From: Minisyncoccota bacterium
GTDB taxonomy: Bacteria; Patescibacteriota; Minisyncoccia; Phycocordibacterales; VMEP01
Direction of reading: 5' to 3'
Assembly: GCA_041659085.1 (NCBI GenBank)
Contig: JBAZYZ010000001.1
Coordinates: 4,884 to 68,883, forward strand
Length of the DNA stretch: 64,000 bases
Part shown: piece by piece, positions 24,382 to 34,145 of the stretch
Position numbering within the stretch: position 1 is the first letter of the stretch
Layout: the number at the start of each line of letters is the position of its first letter
Made by a program: the position numbers and the translations under genes
Notes under the pieces: model-generated
Databases searched by the model: none
The model's input: the letters and a program-made list of their open reading frames with translations, nothing else
What the model was told of the DNA's origin: nothing

Positions 24382-24741
24382 CTATTGTCTCGGCGCTCTT
24401 TGCAGCCGGTCGTTCAAAATCTCGTTTAGGACGCCGCGTAATTTGCGTCCCAGGCGGCCGCTTTCGAATTTCGTTTCCAGGTGCGCCAGAACGCTAGACA
24501 GCGTTTGGAGCCTGGTTGTCCCGAGTCTGCCCGCTTGGCGCAGCTTTTCCAGCTTCTTCAGTTCCAATATGAATCGTTCCTGGTCGGATGATTTGAGAGA
24601 TATCATCCAGTGGGTGTCCTTCTGCACCCTTTCTTTGTCTGATAATCTGCCGGCCCTGACTTCGCCGCGCTTCGTGTTCCTTGTGGTCATTTGCCCCATA
24701 CGCGCCGGAACCGCAGATTTCATTACCAGTATTCTGCACAT
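24382..24741 (-). CDS. Basic helical orphan protein
   Basis: GGAGG upstream of the ATG on the minus strand; stop adjacent to the shared hairpin. Confidence 0.5.
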   Translation of the reverse strand: MCRILVMKSAVPARMGQMTTRNTKRGEVRAGRLSDKERVQKDTHWMISLKSSDQERFILELKKLEKLRQAGRLGTTRLQTLSSVLAHLETKFESGRLGRKLRGVLNEILNDRLQRAPRQ

Positions 24742-24964
24742 TGTTTGTTATCCTCCGTTAGTTGAACATATTGCACCCGTACTGCCTGTTTAAGATGCTA
24801 GCATAACCCGAAAAGTTTAAGCAATACATTGCTGAAAGACCGGTTTTTTGCTACATTTGCATTGTTCTATAGGGTTTCGAGGGTGTAGTTCCCCTGTGGC
24901 AGGGCAAAGCTCACTACGGGGCAGGCAGTACGATGAAACATCATATATAATTTATTTCCTGCGC

Positions 24965-25036
24965 GCGCGTGTAGTTCAGTGGTAGAACGCTGTCCTGATA
25001 AGACAGAGGTCGAAAGTCCGATTCTTTCCACGCGCA
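24965..25036 (+). tRNA. tRNA-Ile(GAT)
   Basis: GCGCGTG/CACGCGC acceptor stem, loop CTGATAA; T-loop TCCGATT; no encoded CCA. Confidence 0.88.
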
Positions 25037-25107
25037 CACAGGATGTAAGTTGTTGAAGGGCGTTTTGAATGCCTTGAAATAGAAGAGGATAGTAGTAAAA
25101 TGAAGTT

Positions 25108-25704
25108 ATGAAAAACAAAAAATTCACAATCTGGGAGGCGATTGATTTTGGCTGGAAGTCCGCGGAAAAGAACCTTTGGTTCCTGGTTGGGCTGTTTCTT
25201 TTGGTGTTTATGTTATCTTCGGGAACAGGCTGGTTCCCGGGCAGTTCTTTCGTCATTTCTATTTTGGGCGGCATCTCAATCCTGACCGCGGTGCTTGATA
25301 TTTACGCCGGCAAAAAAGCCGCCGTGGAAAATCTTTTTTCAAAATACAACCTGATACTCCAATACCTTGTGACATCCGTGCTTTACTTGGCTATGGTTTT
25401 TGTCGGGTTGGTCCTGTTTATCATCCCCGGGATATACGTTATGCTTAGGTTCCAATTCTATAAATTCCTTATTGTTGACAAGGAAATGGAACCGATTGAG
25501 GCGTTGCGCGGAAGCGCTCAAATGACAAGAGGTCATGTCTGGCAGCTTTTCGGTTTGCTCTGCATTTCTGTGGCGTTAAATATCTTGGGACTTCTTGCCC
25601 TGGGTGTCGGGTTGCTCGTGACGGTTCCCGTGACGTTGCTTGCATATACTTTTGTCTACAAAAAACTCCTTGCCGAAGAACATCATTCTACGGTAGCATC
25701 GTAG
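25108..25704 (+). CDS. Integral membrane protein (DUF975-like)
   Basis: LFIIPGIY, EALRGSAQMTRGH, GLLVTVPV. Confidence 0.75.
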   Translation: MKNKKFTIWEAIDFGWKSAEKNLWFLVGLFLLVFMLSSGTGWFPGSSFVISILGGISILTAVLDIYAGKKAAVENLFSKYNLILQYLVTSVLYLAMVFVGLVLFIIPGIYVMLRFQFYKFLIVDKEMEPIEALRGSAQMTRGHVWQLFGLLCISVALNILGLLALGVGLLVTVPVTLLAYTFVYKKLLAEEHHSTVAS

Positions 25705-25769
25705 AGAACAGCAAAATAGTGGAATAACCGAATATTCAAATATTTTATTATTTGATTATTTTGATATAT

Positions 25770-25854
25770 GCCGAGGTGGTGAAATTGGTAGACACGTACG
25801 CTTCAGAAGCGTATGTCGAAAGACATGGGAGTTCAAGTCTCCCCCTCGGCACCA
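25770..25854 (+). tRNA. tRNA-Leu(CAG)
   Basis: GCCGAGG/CCTCGGC acceptor stem, loop TTCAGAA, long variable arm, ACCA end. Confidence 0.95.
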
Positions 25855-26258
25855 TGAGAATAAAAGTATATTTGGCTGGCCAGGCTGACGAATACGAAAA
25901 CAATTGGAAGAAAAAATTTGGCGACATAGGTGTGTGTGATTTTCACGACTGGGAAATACACTCAGATCAAACGTCACCAGACACATATTTCCCAGATGAT
26001 TTAAGCGGAGTTAAAAATTCCGAATATCTTATAGCAAACCCAGGAGTAGTTTCATCAGAAGGCACATGGATAGAGGTAGGCGCTTTCTACGCTTACAAGA
26101 CTAAATCACCAGGAGAGTTTTGTGACAGTTTAATTATTATTTGGAGCGAGAATAGGAATCCTAAATGGTCTCTTGATTTTGTTAAGAAAACTGGACATGT
26201 TGTTTTAACGGTTGAAGAAGCTAAAGAAAAATTGCTTGAGTTATTAAGTAAAAGATAA
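25854..26258 (+). CDS. Nucleoside 2-deoxyribosyltransferase (NDT)-like protein
   Basis: KVYLAG start; D in YFPDDL; SEGTWIEVG resembles the NDT SxGTxxExG motif; AT-rich. Confidence 0.6.
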   Translation: MRIKVYLAGQADEYENNWKKKFGDIGVCDFHDWEIHSDQTSPDTYFPDDLSGVKNSEYLIANPGVVSSEGTWIEVGAFYAYKTKSPGEFCDSLIIIWSENRNPKWSLDFVKKTGHVVLTVEEAKEKLLELLSKR

Positions 26259-26265
26259 CTGATTT

Positions 26266-27099
26266 ATGAAACTCCTATACGGCAAACCGACCGCCGAAAA
26301 GATACTCGGCGATGTAAAAAAGAAAATTGCGGAGTCCGGGGTTACGCCGGGGCTTGCTGTTATTTTGGTTGGAGACGATAGGGCTTCGCATATTTATGTT
26401 TCTCTCAAGGAAAAAAAAGCCAAAGAAAACGGTTTTTATTTCGAGAAGCATGTTTTTCTTGCCGACGTTAAGACGTCCGAGATAACGGGTCTCATTGAAG
26501 AGCTGAACGATAAGCCGAATATTCACGGTATTCTGGTACAGCTGCCTTTGCCTACGCACACGGACACGGAGGCTGTTATTGCCGCTATTGCTCCCGTAAA
26601 AGATGCTGACGGATTTCATAAAGAGACAATCAGGAAATTTCTGGACGCCGACGTGGAATCAGCGCCGGTATTCCCGCAGGCGATTATTGAAATTATAAAA
26701 GAAAGCGGTGTCTCCCTCTCAAACAAAAAAGTCGCGATTGTTGTAAATTCCGCATTGTTTGGAGGAGTGCTTCAAAAAGCACTAGAGAACATCGGTCTTG
26801 CGGTTCGGATAATTCAGCTTGCCGAGCTGTCTCAAAACATCAGCGCGTTGAAAGAAGCGGATATTATTGTGACGGCTTGCGGCAAGCCGAAACTTATAAC
26901 GGGGGGTATGGTCAAAGGTAACTGTCTGGTCGTTGATGGAGGAACCTGCGAGCTCCATGGCAAGACTGTCGGTGATGTTGATGTGCAAAGTATGGAAAAT
27001 ACGGATGTTGTTTTGACCTCTGTCCCGGGCGGGGTCGGACCACTTACAGTGGCTTGCCTGTTGCGCCGCGCGGCAAGGCTTGCAGGGGTGGCGGTCTAG
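26266..27099 (+). CDS. folD: Methylenetetrahydrofolate dehydrogenase/cyclohydrolase
   Basis: PGLAVILVG, HGILVQLPLP, KDADGFH, VPGGVGPLTV. Confidence 0.95.
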   Translation: MKLLYGKPTAEKILGDVKKKIAESGVTPGLAVILVGDDRASHIYVSLKEKKAKENGFYFEKHVFLADVKTSEITGLIEELNDKPNIHGILVQLPLPTHTDTEAVIAAIAPVKDADGFHKETIRKFLDADVESAPVFPQAIIEIIKESGVSLSNKKVAIVVNSALFGGVLQKALENIGLAVRIIQLAELSQNISALKEADIIVTACGKPKLITGGMVKGNCLVVDGGTCELHGKTVGDVDVQSMENTDVVLTSVPGGVGPLTVACLLRRAARLAGVAV

Positions 27100-27114
27100 C
27101 GGGTATTCTGGTGA

Positions 27115-28458
27115 ATGCGTATGGATTATAAGAATTATTTCAAAAACAAGAAAATAACCGTAATGGGCCTCGGTCTTTTAGGCCGTGGGGTGGGGGACGC
27201 GATTTTTTTGGCCGGGTGCGGGGCGAAACTTACGGTAACCGACTTTAAGACCAAAGAGCAGTTGGCGACATCAATCAAGAAGCTCTCAAAATGCAAAAAT
27301 ATAAAATTTTCTTTAGGTGGGCATAAGCTGAGGGATTTTAACGGTAAAGATTTTGTACTGAAAGCCGCCGGTGTGCCGATTGATTCGCCGTATATAAAAG
27401 AAGCGAGAAAAAACAAAATTCCGGTGGAAATGAGCTCGTCTCTTTTTGTCAAACTGGCGGGGATACCCATAATCGGCGTGACGGGCACGCGTGGTAAATC
27501 TACAGTCGCTTACCTTATACATCACATACTAAAATCAGCCGGCAAAAAAGTTTTTCTGGGGGGTAATGTTCTTGGTGTTTCCACACTGTCTTTTTTGCCT
27601 AAAGCCAAGCAGTATGATTACGCCGTGCTCGAACTTGATTCCTGGCAGCTGCAGGGGTTTGGCGAAAGCAAGTTGTCTCCGGACATATCGGTGTTCACGA
27701 CGTTCTTGGACGATCACCTTAATTACTATGCTTCGACTTCGCTCAGCACAAGCCGCAAGAAATATTTTACGGATAAGGCCGGTATTTTTAAGTATCAAAA
27801 AGGTGACGATTTATTGATTGCCGGCAAACAGGCGTATCCGTTTATAAAGAAATGGGGCAGTAAAGTTCGCGGGGAGTTGGTTGTGCCCGAAGAGTCTTTG
27901 CCTCGGGGATGGAAAATAAGTTTGCCGGGCAAACACAACGAATACAACGCGCGGTTAGCCGTTGAAGTCGCGCGTTCTCTCTGGATTCCTGACGCGGTAA
28001 TCAAAAAATCCCTGGCCACATTTTCTTCCGTGCCCGGACGGCTTGAATTAATCCGCATGGTGAAAGGTGTGCGAATCTACAACGATACCAACTCCACAAC
28101 GCCAGATGCCACTATCGTCGCCCTCCGCGCACTTGGCGGTTCAACCGCCAAGTTGAAGAAGATAGTATTGATAGCAGGCGGGGCGGACAAGGGGCTTGAA
28201 ATGAGCGCGCTCGTAAAAGAAATTCCAAAATACTGCAAAGAGGTGGTATTACTTAAGGGGAGTGGTACAGAAAAAATTAAGAATAAAATTAAAGGAAAAG
28301 AATTTGATAATTTTAAAAAAGCTGTTCAATATGCTTTTGGCAAAGCAAAAAGGGGAGATGTATTATTGCTCAGCCCCGCCTTTGCTTCATTTGGTATGTT
28401 TAAGAATGAATACGACAGGGGGGAACAGTTTGTTAGATTAGTAAAGAAGTTGAAGTGA
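27115..28458 (+). CDS. murD: UDP-N-acetylmuramoyl-L-alanine--D-glutamate ligase
   Basis: GVTGTRGKST, LELDSWQL, YNDTNSTTP, LLSPAFASFGMFKNEYDRG. Confidence 0.95.
   Translation: MRMDYKNYFKNKKITVMGLGLLGRGVGDAIFLAGCGAKLTVTDFKTKEQLATSIKKLSKCKNIKFSLGGHKLRDFNGKDFVLKAAGVPIDSPYIKEARKNKIPVEMSSSLFVKLAGIPIIGVTGTRGKSTVAYLIHHILKSAGKKVFLGGNVLGVSTLSFLPKAKQYDYAVLELDSWQLQGFGESKLSPDISVFTTFLDDHLNYYASTSLSTSRKKYFTDKAGIFKYQKGDDLLIAGKQAYPFIKKWGSKVRGELVVPEESLPRGWKISLPGKHNEYNARLAVEVARSLWIPDAVIKKSLATFSSVPGRLELIRMVKGVRIYNDTNSTTPDATIVALRALGGSTAKLKKIVLIAGGADKGLEMSALVKEIPKYCKEVVLLKGSGTEKIKNKIKGKEFDNFKKAVQYAFGKAKRGDVLLLSPAFASFGMFKNEYDRGEQFVRLVKKLK
28131..28153. repeat. 23-bp palindromic element inside murD
   Basis: ACTTGGCGGTT-C-AACCGCCAAGT; encodes LGGSTAK. 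Confidence 0.75.
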
Positions 28459-29513
28459 TGGAAGAGAAAATAAAAAATATTTTAGAAGAAGCTATTCAGG
28501 GCCGTGTATTCCCCGGAGCTACGGTCGGTATACTTCATAAAGACTTGTCGCGGAAGTTTGTTAGCGCCGGGAGATTTGAATATGACAGCTCTTCTCCGCC
28601 GGTATTGGACAGTACCATTTATGACACAGCTTCTATCACAAAATCAATTCCCATTGCCCTGACTGCGCTCATGTTTATTGAAAAAGGATTGCTGTCACTA
28701 GAAGATAGAATAATCAAATATATACCCGAAATTATCATAGAAAATGCTGAAAAGGCTTTAATAAGACATCTGCTGACTTATACGTATGTTTTAAAAAAGA
28801 ATTCTGACCCCAATTTTTCCTACGAGCATTCAAAGGCTGAAGATATTTTTGGTTTCCTTTTCAAAAGAGAATTTGAATTTTTACCTGGGACTCGTTATCA
28901 ATACAGCAATACTCCTTTAAATCTTTTGGGAATAATTCTTGAAAGAATATCGGGAGAAAAGCTTTATAGTTTGGCGGGGAAAATTGTTTTTGGTCCGCTT
29001 GAGATGAAAACTTCCACTTTTTTAATAAAAGACAAACAAAAAATTCCTCCGACCGAAATTGTCTCGTGGAGAGGAAAGATTCAGGGCGTAGTACACGATG
29101 AAACCGCTTATATTCTAGGGAAAGAGGGTTTCAATCCCGGCTGTGCCGGACTGTTCTCTACCACGGAAGATATCCTAAATGTGGCAGAAATGATTCTGAA
29201 CAATGGTTCTTTTAGGGGAATTAAAATTTTTGGTTCGAAAACTATTGGATTAATGAAGGCAAACGCTCTTGGTGACATTGGTGAGTGGTGTGGTATAGGA
29301 TGGGAGCTAAATCAGCTTAGGTTTATGGGGGACTACTCGCATGAGCAGATGATTGGTAAAACTGGGTTCACGGGCACATGTTGTATTATTGACCCTAAGC
29401 AGTCTAAGGCGCTGGTTATCTTATCAAACCGAACTTATCCAAAACGCCCCATAAATGGAGATGCTATCAATGAAATAAGACGCAGCATTTCAAATGTGGT
29501 ATTTAAATCATGA
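28458..29513 (+). CDS. Class C beta-lactamase-like serine hydrolase
   Basis: ASITK (SxxK), YSN, GVVHDE, GKTGFTG. Confidence 0.85.
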   Translation: MEEKIKNILEEAIQGRVFPGATVGILHKDLSRKFVSAGRFEYDSSSPPVLDSTIYDTASITKSIPIALTALMFIEKGLLSLEDRIIKYIPEIIIENAEKALIRHLLTYTYVLKKNSDPNFSYEHSKAEDIFGFLFKREFEFLPGTRYQYSNTPLNLLGIILERISGEKLYSLAGKIVFGPLEMKTSTFLIKDKQKIPPTEIVSWRGKIQGVVHDETAYILGKEGFNPGCAGLFSTTEDILNVAEMILNNGSFRGIKIFGSKTIGLMKANALGDIGEWCGIGWELNQLRFMGDYSHEQMIGKTGFTGTCCIIDPKQSKALVILSNRTYPKRPINGDAINEIRRSISNVVFKS

Positions 29514-30841
29514 ATGAAATTAACTTAGATAAAATTAAGCACGTGCACTTTATAGGCATCGGCGGAATCGGTGTTTCAGCTGTGGCTAGGATGATGCTCG
29601 TCCAAGGTAAAAATGTTTCCGGTTCGGATGTGTCCGAGTCTAGGGTCACCAAGGAACTCATGGAACTCGGCGCGCATATTTCTATCGGACATAAAGCGGG
29701 AAATATTCCAAGGGAAGCTGATTTGATGATCCATACCATCGCCGTCTCGCCGAATAATCCTGAGTTTGAAGAAGCTACGCGCCGCGATATTCCGGCTTTT
29801 TCATACCCGGAATTCCTCGGAATAATTTCTGAGAATATGTTTACTATTGCCGTTTCCGGAACGCACGGGAAGACTACCACTACGGCGATGCTCGCGGATG
29901 TTCTTTGGAGTGAGGGGATAAACCCCACGGTAATTGTGGGTAGTCTGTTAAAAAATGCCGGGAGCAATTTTATTGCCGGAGATTTTCCGGCTCATATTTT
30001 AGGCGAGGAATATGATAAGGGGGTGTTGGTTGTTGAAGCCTGCGAATACCGACGCTCGTTCATAAATTTGAATCCGCGCGTTCTTATTATTACAAACATT
30101 GATAACGACCACCTTGATTACTATAAGGATATTGGCGATATAATTTCGGCTTTTAATGAGGTTGCCTGCAAAGTTCCGGAGAATGGTTTTATTATCGCCA
30201 ATACCCAAAATTCTTACATTAAGAGGGCTTTAAAAGGAGTGAAGGCGCAGATTATAGATTATTCCGTTTATGACGCTTCGGACCTTAGTTTAAAGGTTCC
30301 CGGAACCCATAACAGAGAAAATGCCAAAGCTGTCTTGGCTCTGGTATCGGTGCTTAGATCTGACCCGGCTAAAGCCGAAGAGGCTCTCGATGACTTCTCT
30401 GGCACTTGGCGGAGATTTGAATTCAAGGGCGGGACGAAAGGTGGTGCTATTATTTATGATGACTATGGACATCACCCGACAGAAGTTAAGGCTACGCTTT
30501 CCGGCGCGCGGGAGAAATTCCCGGACCGCAAAATTACCGTTGTTTTTCAGCCCCATCTTTATTCCCGCACCAAACTTCTGCTTGACGATTTTGCCCGCGC
30601 TTTCGGCGATGCCGACAATGTCATTCTTGCTCCGATTTACGCAGCTCGGGAAGAATTTGACCCGAACATAAATAGCGAGATGTTGGCCGAAAAAATACGC
30701 ATGTTGAATGGCAGCGTCAGCTCCTTTACTGATTTAAAAAATATCGTTGAGTATTTGAAGCATAGCCTTAAACACGGCGACATATTGATCACTATGGGCG
30801 CTGGAGATGTTTACAAAGTGGGGGAAGCATTGACAGAATAG
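29510..30841 (+). CDS. murC: UDP-N-acetylmuramate--L-alanine ligase
   Basis: HFIGIGGIGVS, SGTHGKTTTT, DDYGHHPTEV, FQPHLYSRT. Confidence 0.96.
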   Translation: MNEINLDKIKHVHFIGIGGIGVSAVARMMLVQGKNVSGSDVSESRVTKELMELGAHISIGHKAGNIPREADLMIHTIAVSPNNPEFEEATRRDIPAFSYPEFLGIISENMFTIAVSGTHGKTTTTAMLADVLWSEGINPTVIVGSLLKNAGSNFIAGDFPAHILGEEYDKGVLVVEACEYRRSFINLNPRVLIITNIDNDHLDYYKDIGDIISAFNEVACKVPENGFIIANTQNSYIKRALKGVKAQIIDYSVYDASDLSLKVPGTHNRENAKAVLALVSVLRSDPAKAEEALDDFSGTWRRFEFKGGTKGGAIIYDDYGHHPTEVKATLSGAREKFPDRKITVVFQPHLYSRTKLLLDDFARAFGDADNVILAPIYAAREEFDPNINSEMLAEKIRMLNGSVSSFTDLKNIVEYLKHSLKHGDILITMGAGDVYKVGEALTE

Positions 30842-30919
30842 TATTTTTATTACATACTACGAAGTAGTGTTCTCAAAATGTTTTTGGGCTTGTCGGATAA
30901 ATATCAACCGGAGAGGAAG

Positions 30920-31102
30920 ATGAAGGAATCAAGAAATCCGTTTAGGCACACTAGGCTGTGCGCCGGGTGCGGCAGGCCAACAGCGCTCCTTGTTCACGAC
31001 GGCTGCGCGGAAAGGTTTGCGAAGAAGGCCAAAAATAAGCCCGCAAGAAAGGCCAGGAAGAAAACATCCTATCCTGAGGGGTTTATAAAAACCCTAGAAT
31101 GA
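30920..31102 (+). CDS. Small basic Zn-finger-like orphan protein
   Basis: TTGACA-17-CATACT at 30830-30858, GGAGAGG SD-like, CAGC...HDGC, terminator at 31121-31149. Confidence 0.55.
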   Translation: MKESRNPFRHTRLCAGCGRPTALLVHDGCAERFAKKAKNKPARKARKKTSYPEGFIKTLE

Positions 31103-31164
31103 GTTTCCAGATTTTTGATTGAGCCCCGCTTTACGCGGGGCTTCGTTTTGTGTACGTTATTCAT

Positions 31165-31860
31165 ATGTCCACTCTATATATCGTCGCCACTCCAATCGGA
31201 AATCTTGAAGACATTACTCTCCGGGCTATCCGAATTTTGAAGGAAGTTGAGTTGATACTCTGCGAGGATACGCGGATGACTAAGAGGCTTTTGAATAAGT
31301 ATGAAATCAGCACACCGACTATGAGTTATCACGCCCAGTCCAAACTTTCAAAGGTCGGAAAAATTTTTGAACTTTTGGAAGAAGGGAAAAATCTGGCGCT
31401 TGTGTCTGACGCCGGCACTCCGACTATTTCCGACCCCGGGGTTCTGCTCGTTTCTCAGGTAAAGGAAAAATTCGGCAGTGAGACAAAAATAGTGCCCGTC
31501 CCGGGGGCCTCAGCTGTCATTTCCGCCCTGTCGGCTTCAGGCGTACTATCCTCAGAATTTACTTTCTTGGGCTTCTTACCGCACAAGAAAGGAAGAGAGA
31601 CTTTATTTAAAGAGATCGCTGAGGCGAAAAGAACAACGGTTTTTTATGAGTCTCCGCATCGCATAATGAAGACACTCGCATCTCTTTCATCCCATTTGGA
31701 AGCCTCGCTTCCAAGCAAAAGAAAAATAGTGGTTGCGCGGGAATTGACTAAAATACATGAAGAGTTTCCGGAAGGAACCCCTGCGGAACTATTGGAATAT
31801 TTCAATAAAAATAAGGAGAGAGTTCGCGGGGAATTTGTGGTCATCGTATCCGGAAAGTAG
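31165..31860 (+). CDS. rsmI: 16S rRNA C1402 2'-O-methyltransferase
   Basis: VATPIGNLEDIT, CEDTR, SDAGTPTISDPG, YESPHR, RELTKIHEE. Confidence 0.96.
   Translation: MSTLYIVATPIGNLEDITLRAIRILKEVELILCEDTRMTKRLLNKYEISTPTMSYHAQSKLSKVGKIFELLEEGKNLALVSDAGTPTISDPGVLLVSQVKEKFGSETKIVPVPGASAVISALSASGVLSSEFTFLGFLPHKKGRETLFKEIAEAKRTTVFYESPHRIMKTLASLSSHLEASLPSKRKIVVARELTKIHEEFPEGTPAELLEYFNKNKERVRGEFVVIVSGK
31694..31716. repeat. 23-bp palindromic element inside rsmI
   Basis: ATTTGGAAGC-CTC-GCTTCCAAGC; encodes HLEASLPS. Confidence 0.7.
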
Positions 31861-31896
31861 GTTTTAAAGATGTCTTAGGTTTGCTATAATCCTCCC

Positions 31897-32139
31897 ATGT
31901 CAAAAAAGCGAACGATTATAATCTTGGGTTTATTGGTGGCGCTTTTGCCGTTTTCCGGCATTCCAAGGGGAATACGCGAATCACTTTCGGCTTTAGCGGG
32001 TCTTGTTATAGCGGTGCTGGCTTTTCTTTTGAAGCGTAAGATTGAGCGGATGGCTATGGGGGAGAGCAATGACACTTTTTCACAAAACAGCGTTTACTCG
32101 GTTCCTCAGGAGGGAGGAGAAAAAGAAGCAAAAAGCTAA
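31897..32139 (+). CDS. Small two-TM membrane protein
   Basis: Two hydrophobic helices with LPFSGIP; extended -10 promoter immediately upstream. Confidence 0.7.
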   Translation: MSKKRTIIILGLLVALLPFSGIPRGIRESLSALAGLVIAVLAFLLKRKIERMAMGESNDTFSQNSVYSVPQEGGEKEAKS

Positions 32140-32163
32140 AGCCCCGCTTAATCCGGTCCAATA

Positions 32164-33438
32164 ATGAAAAGAATTTTTAAGGGGAAACATTTTTTTGTCG
32201 GAGCGTCCCTCGGCGTTTTTGCCGTGGCTGGTTATTTGGGACTGTCATTTATACCAGGCGAAACATACAGTTCGGAAGGCGGGTTGGAGGCGCTTGCGAC
32301 TAGCTCTGCAGACAAAATTGTTGAAGTAAAAAACACGGATGGTAAAAGCGCTAATTTCCAGGCAGTTGCGCATATGGAGACACCAGAACCGCTCAAGGCG
32401 ATTTATATGACCGCCTGTGTCGCAGGTACTCCGTCCTGGCGCGAACGTATGGCAAAATTGGTTGAGACGACGGAATTAAACTCAATCATTATTGATATCA
32501 AAGATTATAGCGGCGCCATCTCAATTGAAACAAATAACCCTATCTTTAAGGATAATGTCGGCAAAGGTTGCCGGGTAAAAGATATGCGGGAATTCGTGTC
32601 GTTTCTGCACGACAAAGGCATATATGTAATAGGGCGTATTACCGTTTTTCAGGACCCATATTACACAAAAGCTCACCCGGAACTGGCGGTGAAAAAAATG
32701 TCCAACAAGGAAGTTGTATGGAAAGACCGCAAAGGACTTTCTTTTATAGATGTCGGAGCCAAGCCTTATTGGGATTATATCGTAGAGCTTGGCAAAGAAT
32801 CTTACGATATGGGTTTTGATGAACTGAATTTTGACTACATCCGTTTCCCGTCCGATGGCGATATGAGGGACATCTACTTCTCTTACGGCGTGGGAAAAAC
32901 AAAAGCTGAGGCGCTGGAAGAGTTCTTTATATACCTTAATGACCAACTGAAGCCAATTGGCGCTGTTTTGTCCGCCGATTTGTTTGGCATGACAGCGACC
33001 AATAATGACGACCTCAATATCGGGCAGGTTCTTGAACGCGCTCTCCCGCATTTTGATTACGTGTCGCCGATGGTTTATCCGTCGCATTACCCGACCGGTT
33101 TCAACGGCTGGAAAAACGTTAATGCCCATCCGTATGACATTGTTAAGTTCTCGCTTGCTCGCGCGGTGGAGAGGACCGAGGCAACCACGACGGCGGTTAA
33201 CTTTTTGGGAGCGGCAATCATATCCTCGGGAACTACCACGAAGAGTGTTATATACGCGAAGGAGCCTTACCCTAGGGGGAAAATCCGCCCGTGGCTGCAG
33301 GATTTCAGCTATCCCGTAACATATACGCCGGAGATGGTGAAAGCGCAGATACAAGCGACATATGATGTAGGCCTCACTAGTTGGATGCTCTGGGACCCGG
33401 CCAATAAATATACTCCCAGTATTTTGCTGAAGGAGTAA
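32164..33438 (+). CDS. Putative glycoside hydrolase (DUF4015 family)
   Basis: NSIIIDIKD, IGRITVFQD, GFDELNFDYIRFP, PMVYPSHY, IRPWLQDF. Confidence 0.85.
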   Translation: MKRIFKGKHFFVGASLGVFAVAGYLGLSFIPGETYSSEGGLEALATSSADKIVEVKNTDGKSANFQAVAHMETPEPLKAIYMTACVAGTPSWRERMAKLVETTELNSIIIDIKDYSGAISIETNNPIFKDNVGKGCRVKDMREFVSFLHDKGIYVIGRITVFQDPYYTKAHPELAVKKMSNKEVVWKDRKGLSFIDVGAKPYWDYIVELGKESYDMGFDELNFDYIRFPSDGDMRDIYFSYGVGKTKAEALEEFFIYLNDQLKPIGAVLSADLFGMTATNNDDLNIGQVLERALPHFDYVSPMVYPSHYPTGFNGWKNVNAHPYDIVKFSLARAVERTEATTTAVNFLGAAIISSGTTTKSVIYAKEPYPRGKIRPWLQDFSYPVTYTPEMVKAQIQATYDVGLTSWMLWDPANKYTPSILLKE

Positions 33439-33584
33439 CTTTTTGGTTTATCCCCAAAAACTATTGACCGCCATTACCCGTGTGGTAACATTTAAATAGT
33501 CGCTGCTTCACGATATTAAGCGGCTAAACGCTCTTCCCCTCGGCATTTTTGTGAGGGACAAACTCAATAGAAGAAGGAGACTAT

Positions 33585-33986
33585 ATGAAACGCAACAAAC
33601 TGTTGTCCCTCGCGTTGGTAGCTCTGGCAATCAGCGTCGGCGCCTCCAGCGTATTCGCAGCCTCGAATCCGACCGTCGGCGGCGTCGATCAAGCGACCAC
33701 CACCAAGACTTTCACCAACCCGGCGCCCGTGGCTGCGGGTACCAACACCGGCGCGCGCGAGGCCGTGGCCAGTCCGACCGTCAACGTGAAGCCGGCAGCA
33801 GCGACCATCAGCGCGCAGAAAGCGACCACCGCCAGCGCCAAGGACCAGATCGCCGCCAAGGCCGTCTCGCTCGATTCGGCAACCGCCACCGCCACCGCTG
33901 CGGTCAATGCCGGCCTCGTTCTCGCCGTCGCGCATACGGTCGACGCCTCCGCCAACCCGGCAGCAATGGTACCGCTGCTGAACTGA
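33585..33986 (+). CDS. Secreted Ala/Thr-rich protein with high-GC coding
   Basis: TTGACC-16-TAACAT promoter, AAGGAG SD, signal peptide ending VFA, terminator at 34014-34040. Confidence 0.75.
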   Translation: MKRNKLLSLALVALAISVGASSVFAASNPTVGGVDQATTTKTFTNPAPVAAGTNTGAREAVASPTVNVKPAAATISAQKATTASAKDQIAAKAVSLDSATATATAAVNAGLVLAVAHTVDASANPAAMVPLLN

Positions 33987-34091
33987 GCTTTCTGTTCTAG
34001 GGTCTTACGGCCCAACCCCCCTCTTCGGAGGGGATTTTTGTTTTGTGCTAACAATATTTTCATATATACTTTTAAAATAGACGCGAGGAGC

Positions 34092-34143
34092 TAGAAATCA
34101 GAAGTTGGGTAATCTAACTTCCGATTTCTAACCTCTAATTTCC
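34092..34143. repeat. Palindrome built from 7-bp units
   Basis: TAGAAATCAGAAGTTGG...CTAACTTCCGATTTCTA followed by ACCTCTAATTTCC. Confidence 0.55.
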
Positions 34144-34145
34144 AA

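Noticed and set aside
25752-25853. N-terminal extension of ORF 25752-26258
   Set aside because: It runs through tRNA-Leu.
30837-30866. Possible dif site (ACTTCGTAGTA on the minus strand)
   Set aside because: No XerD arm (TTATGTTAAAT-like); better explained as a promoter region.
32521-33354. 277-aa minus-strand ORF
   Set aside because: It is antisense to a well-supported DUF4015 gene and has no motifs.
33551-34063. Alternative-frame ORFs over the Ala-rich gene
   Set aside because: High GC suppresses stop codons; only 33585-33986 has an SD and a signal peptide.
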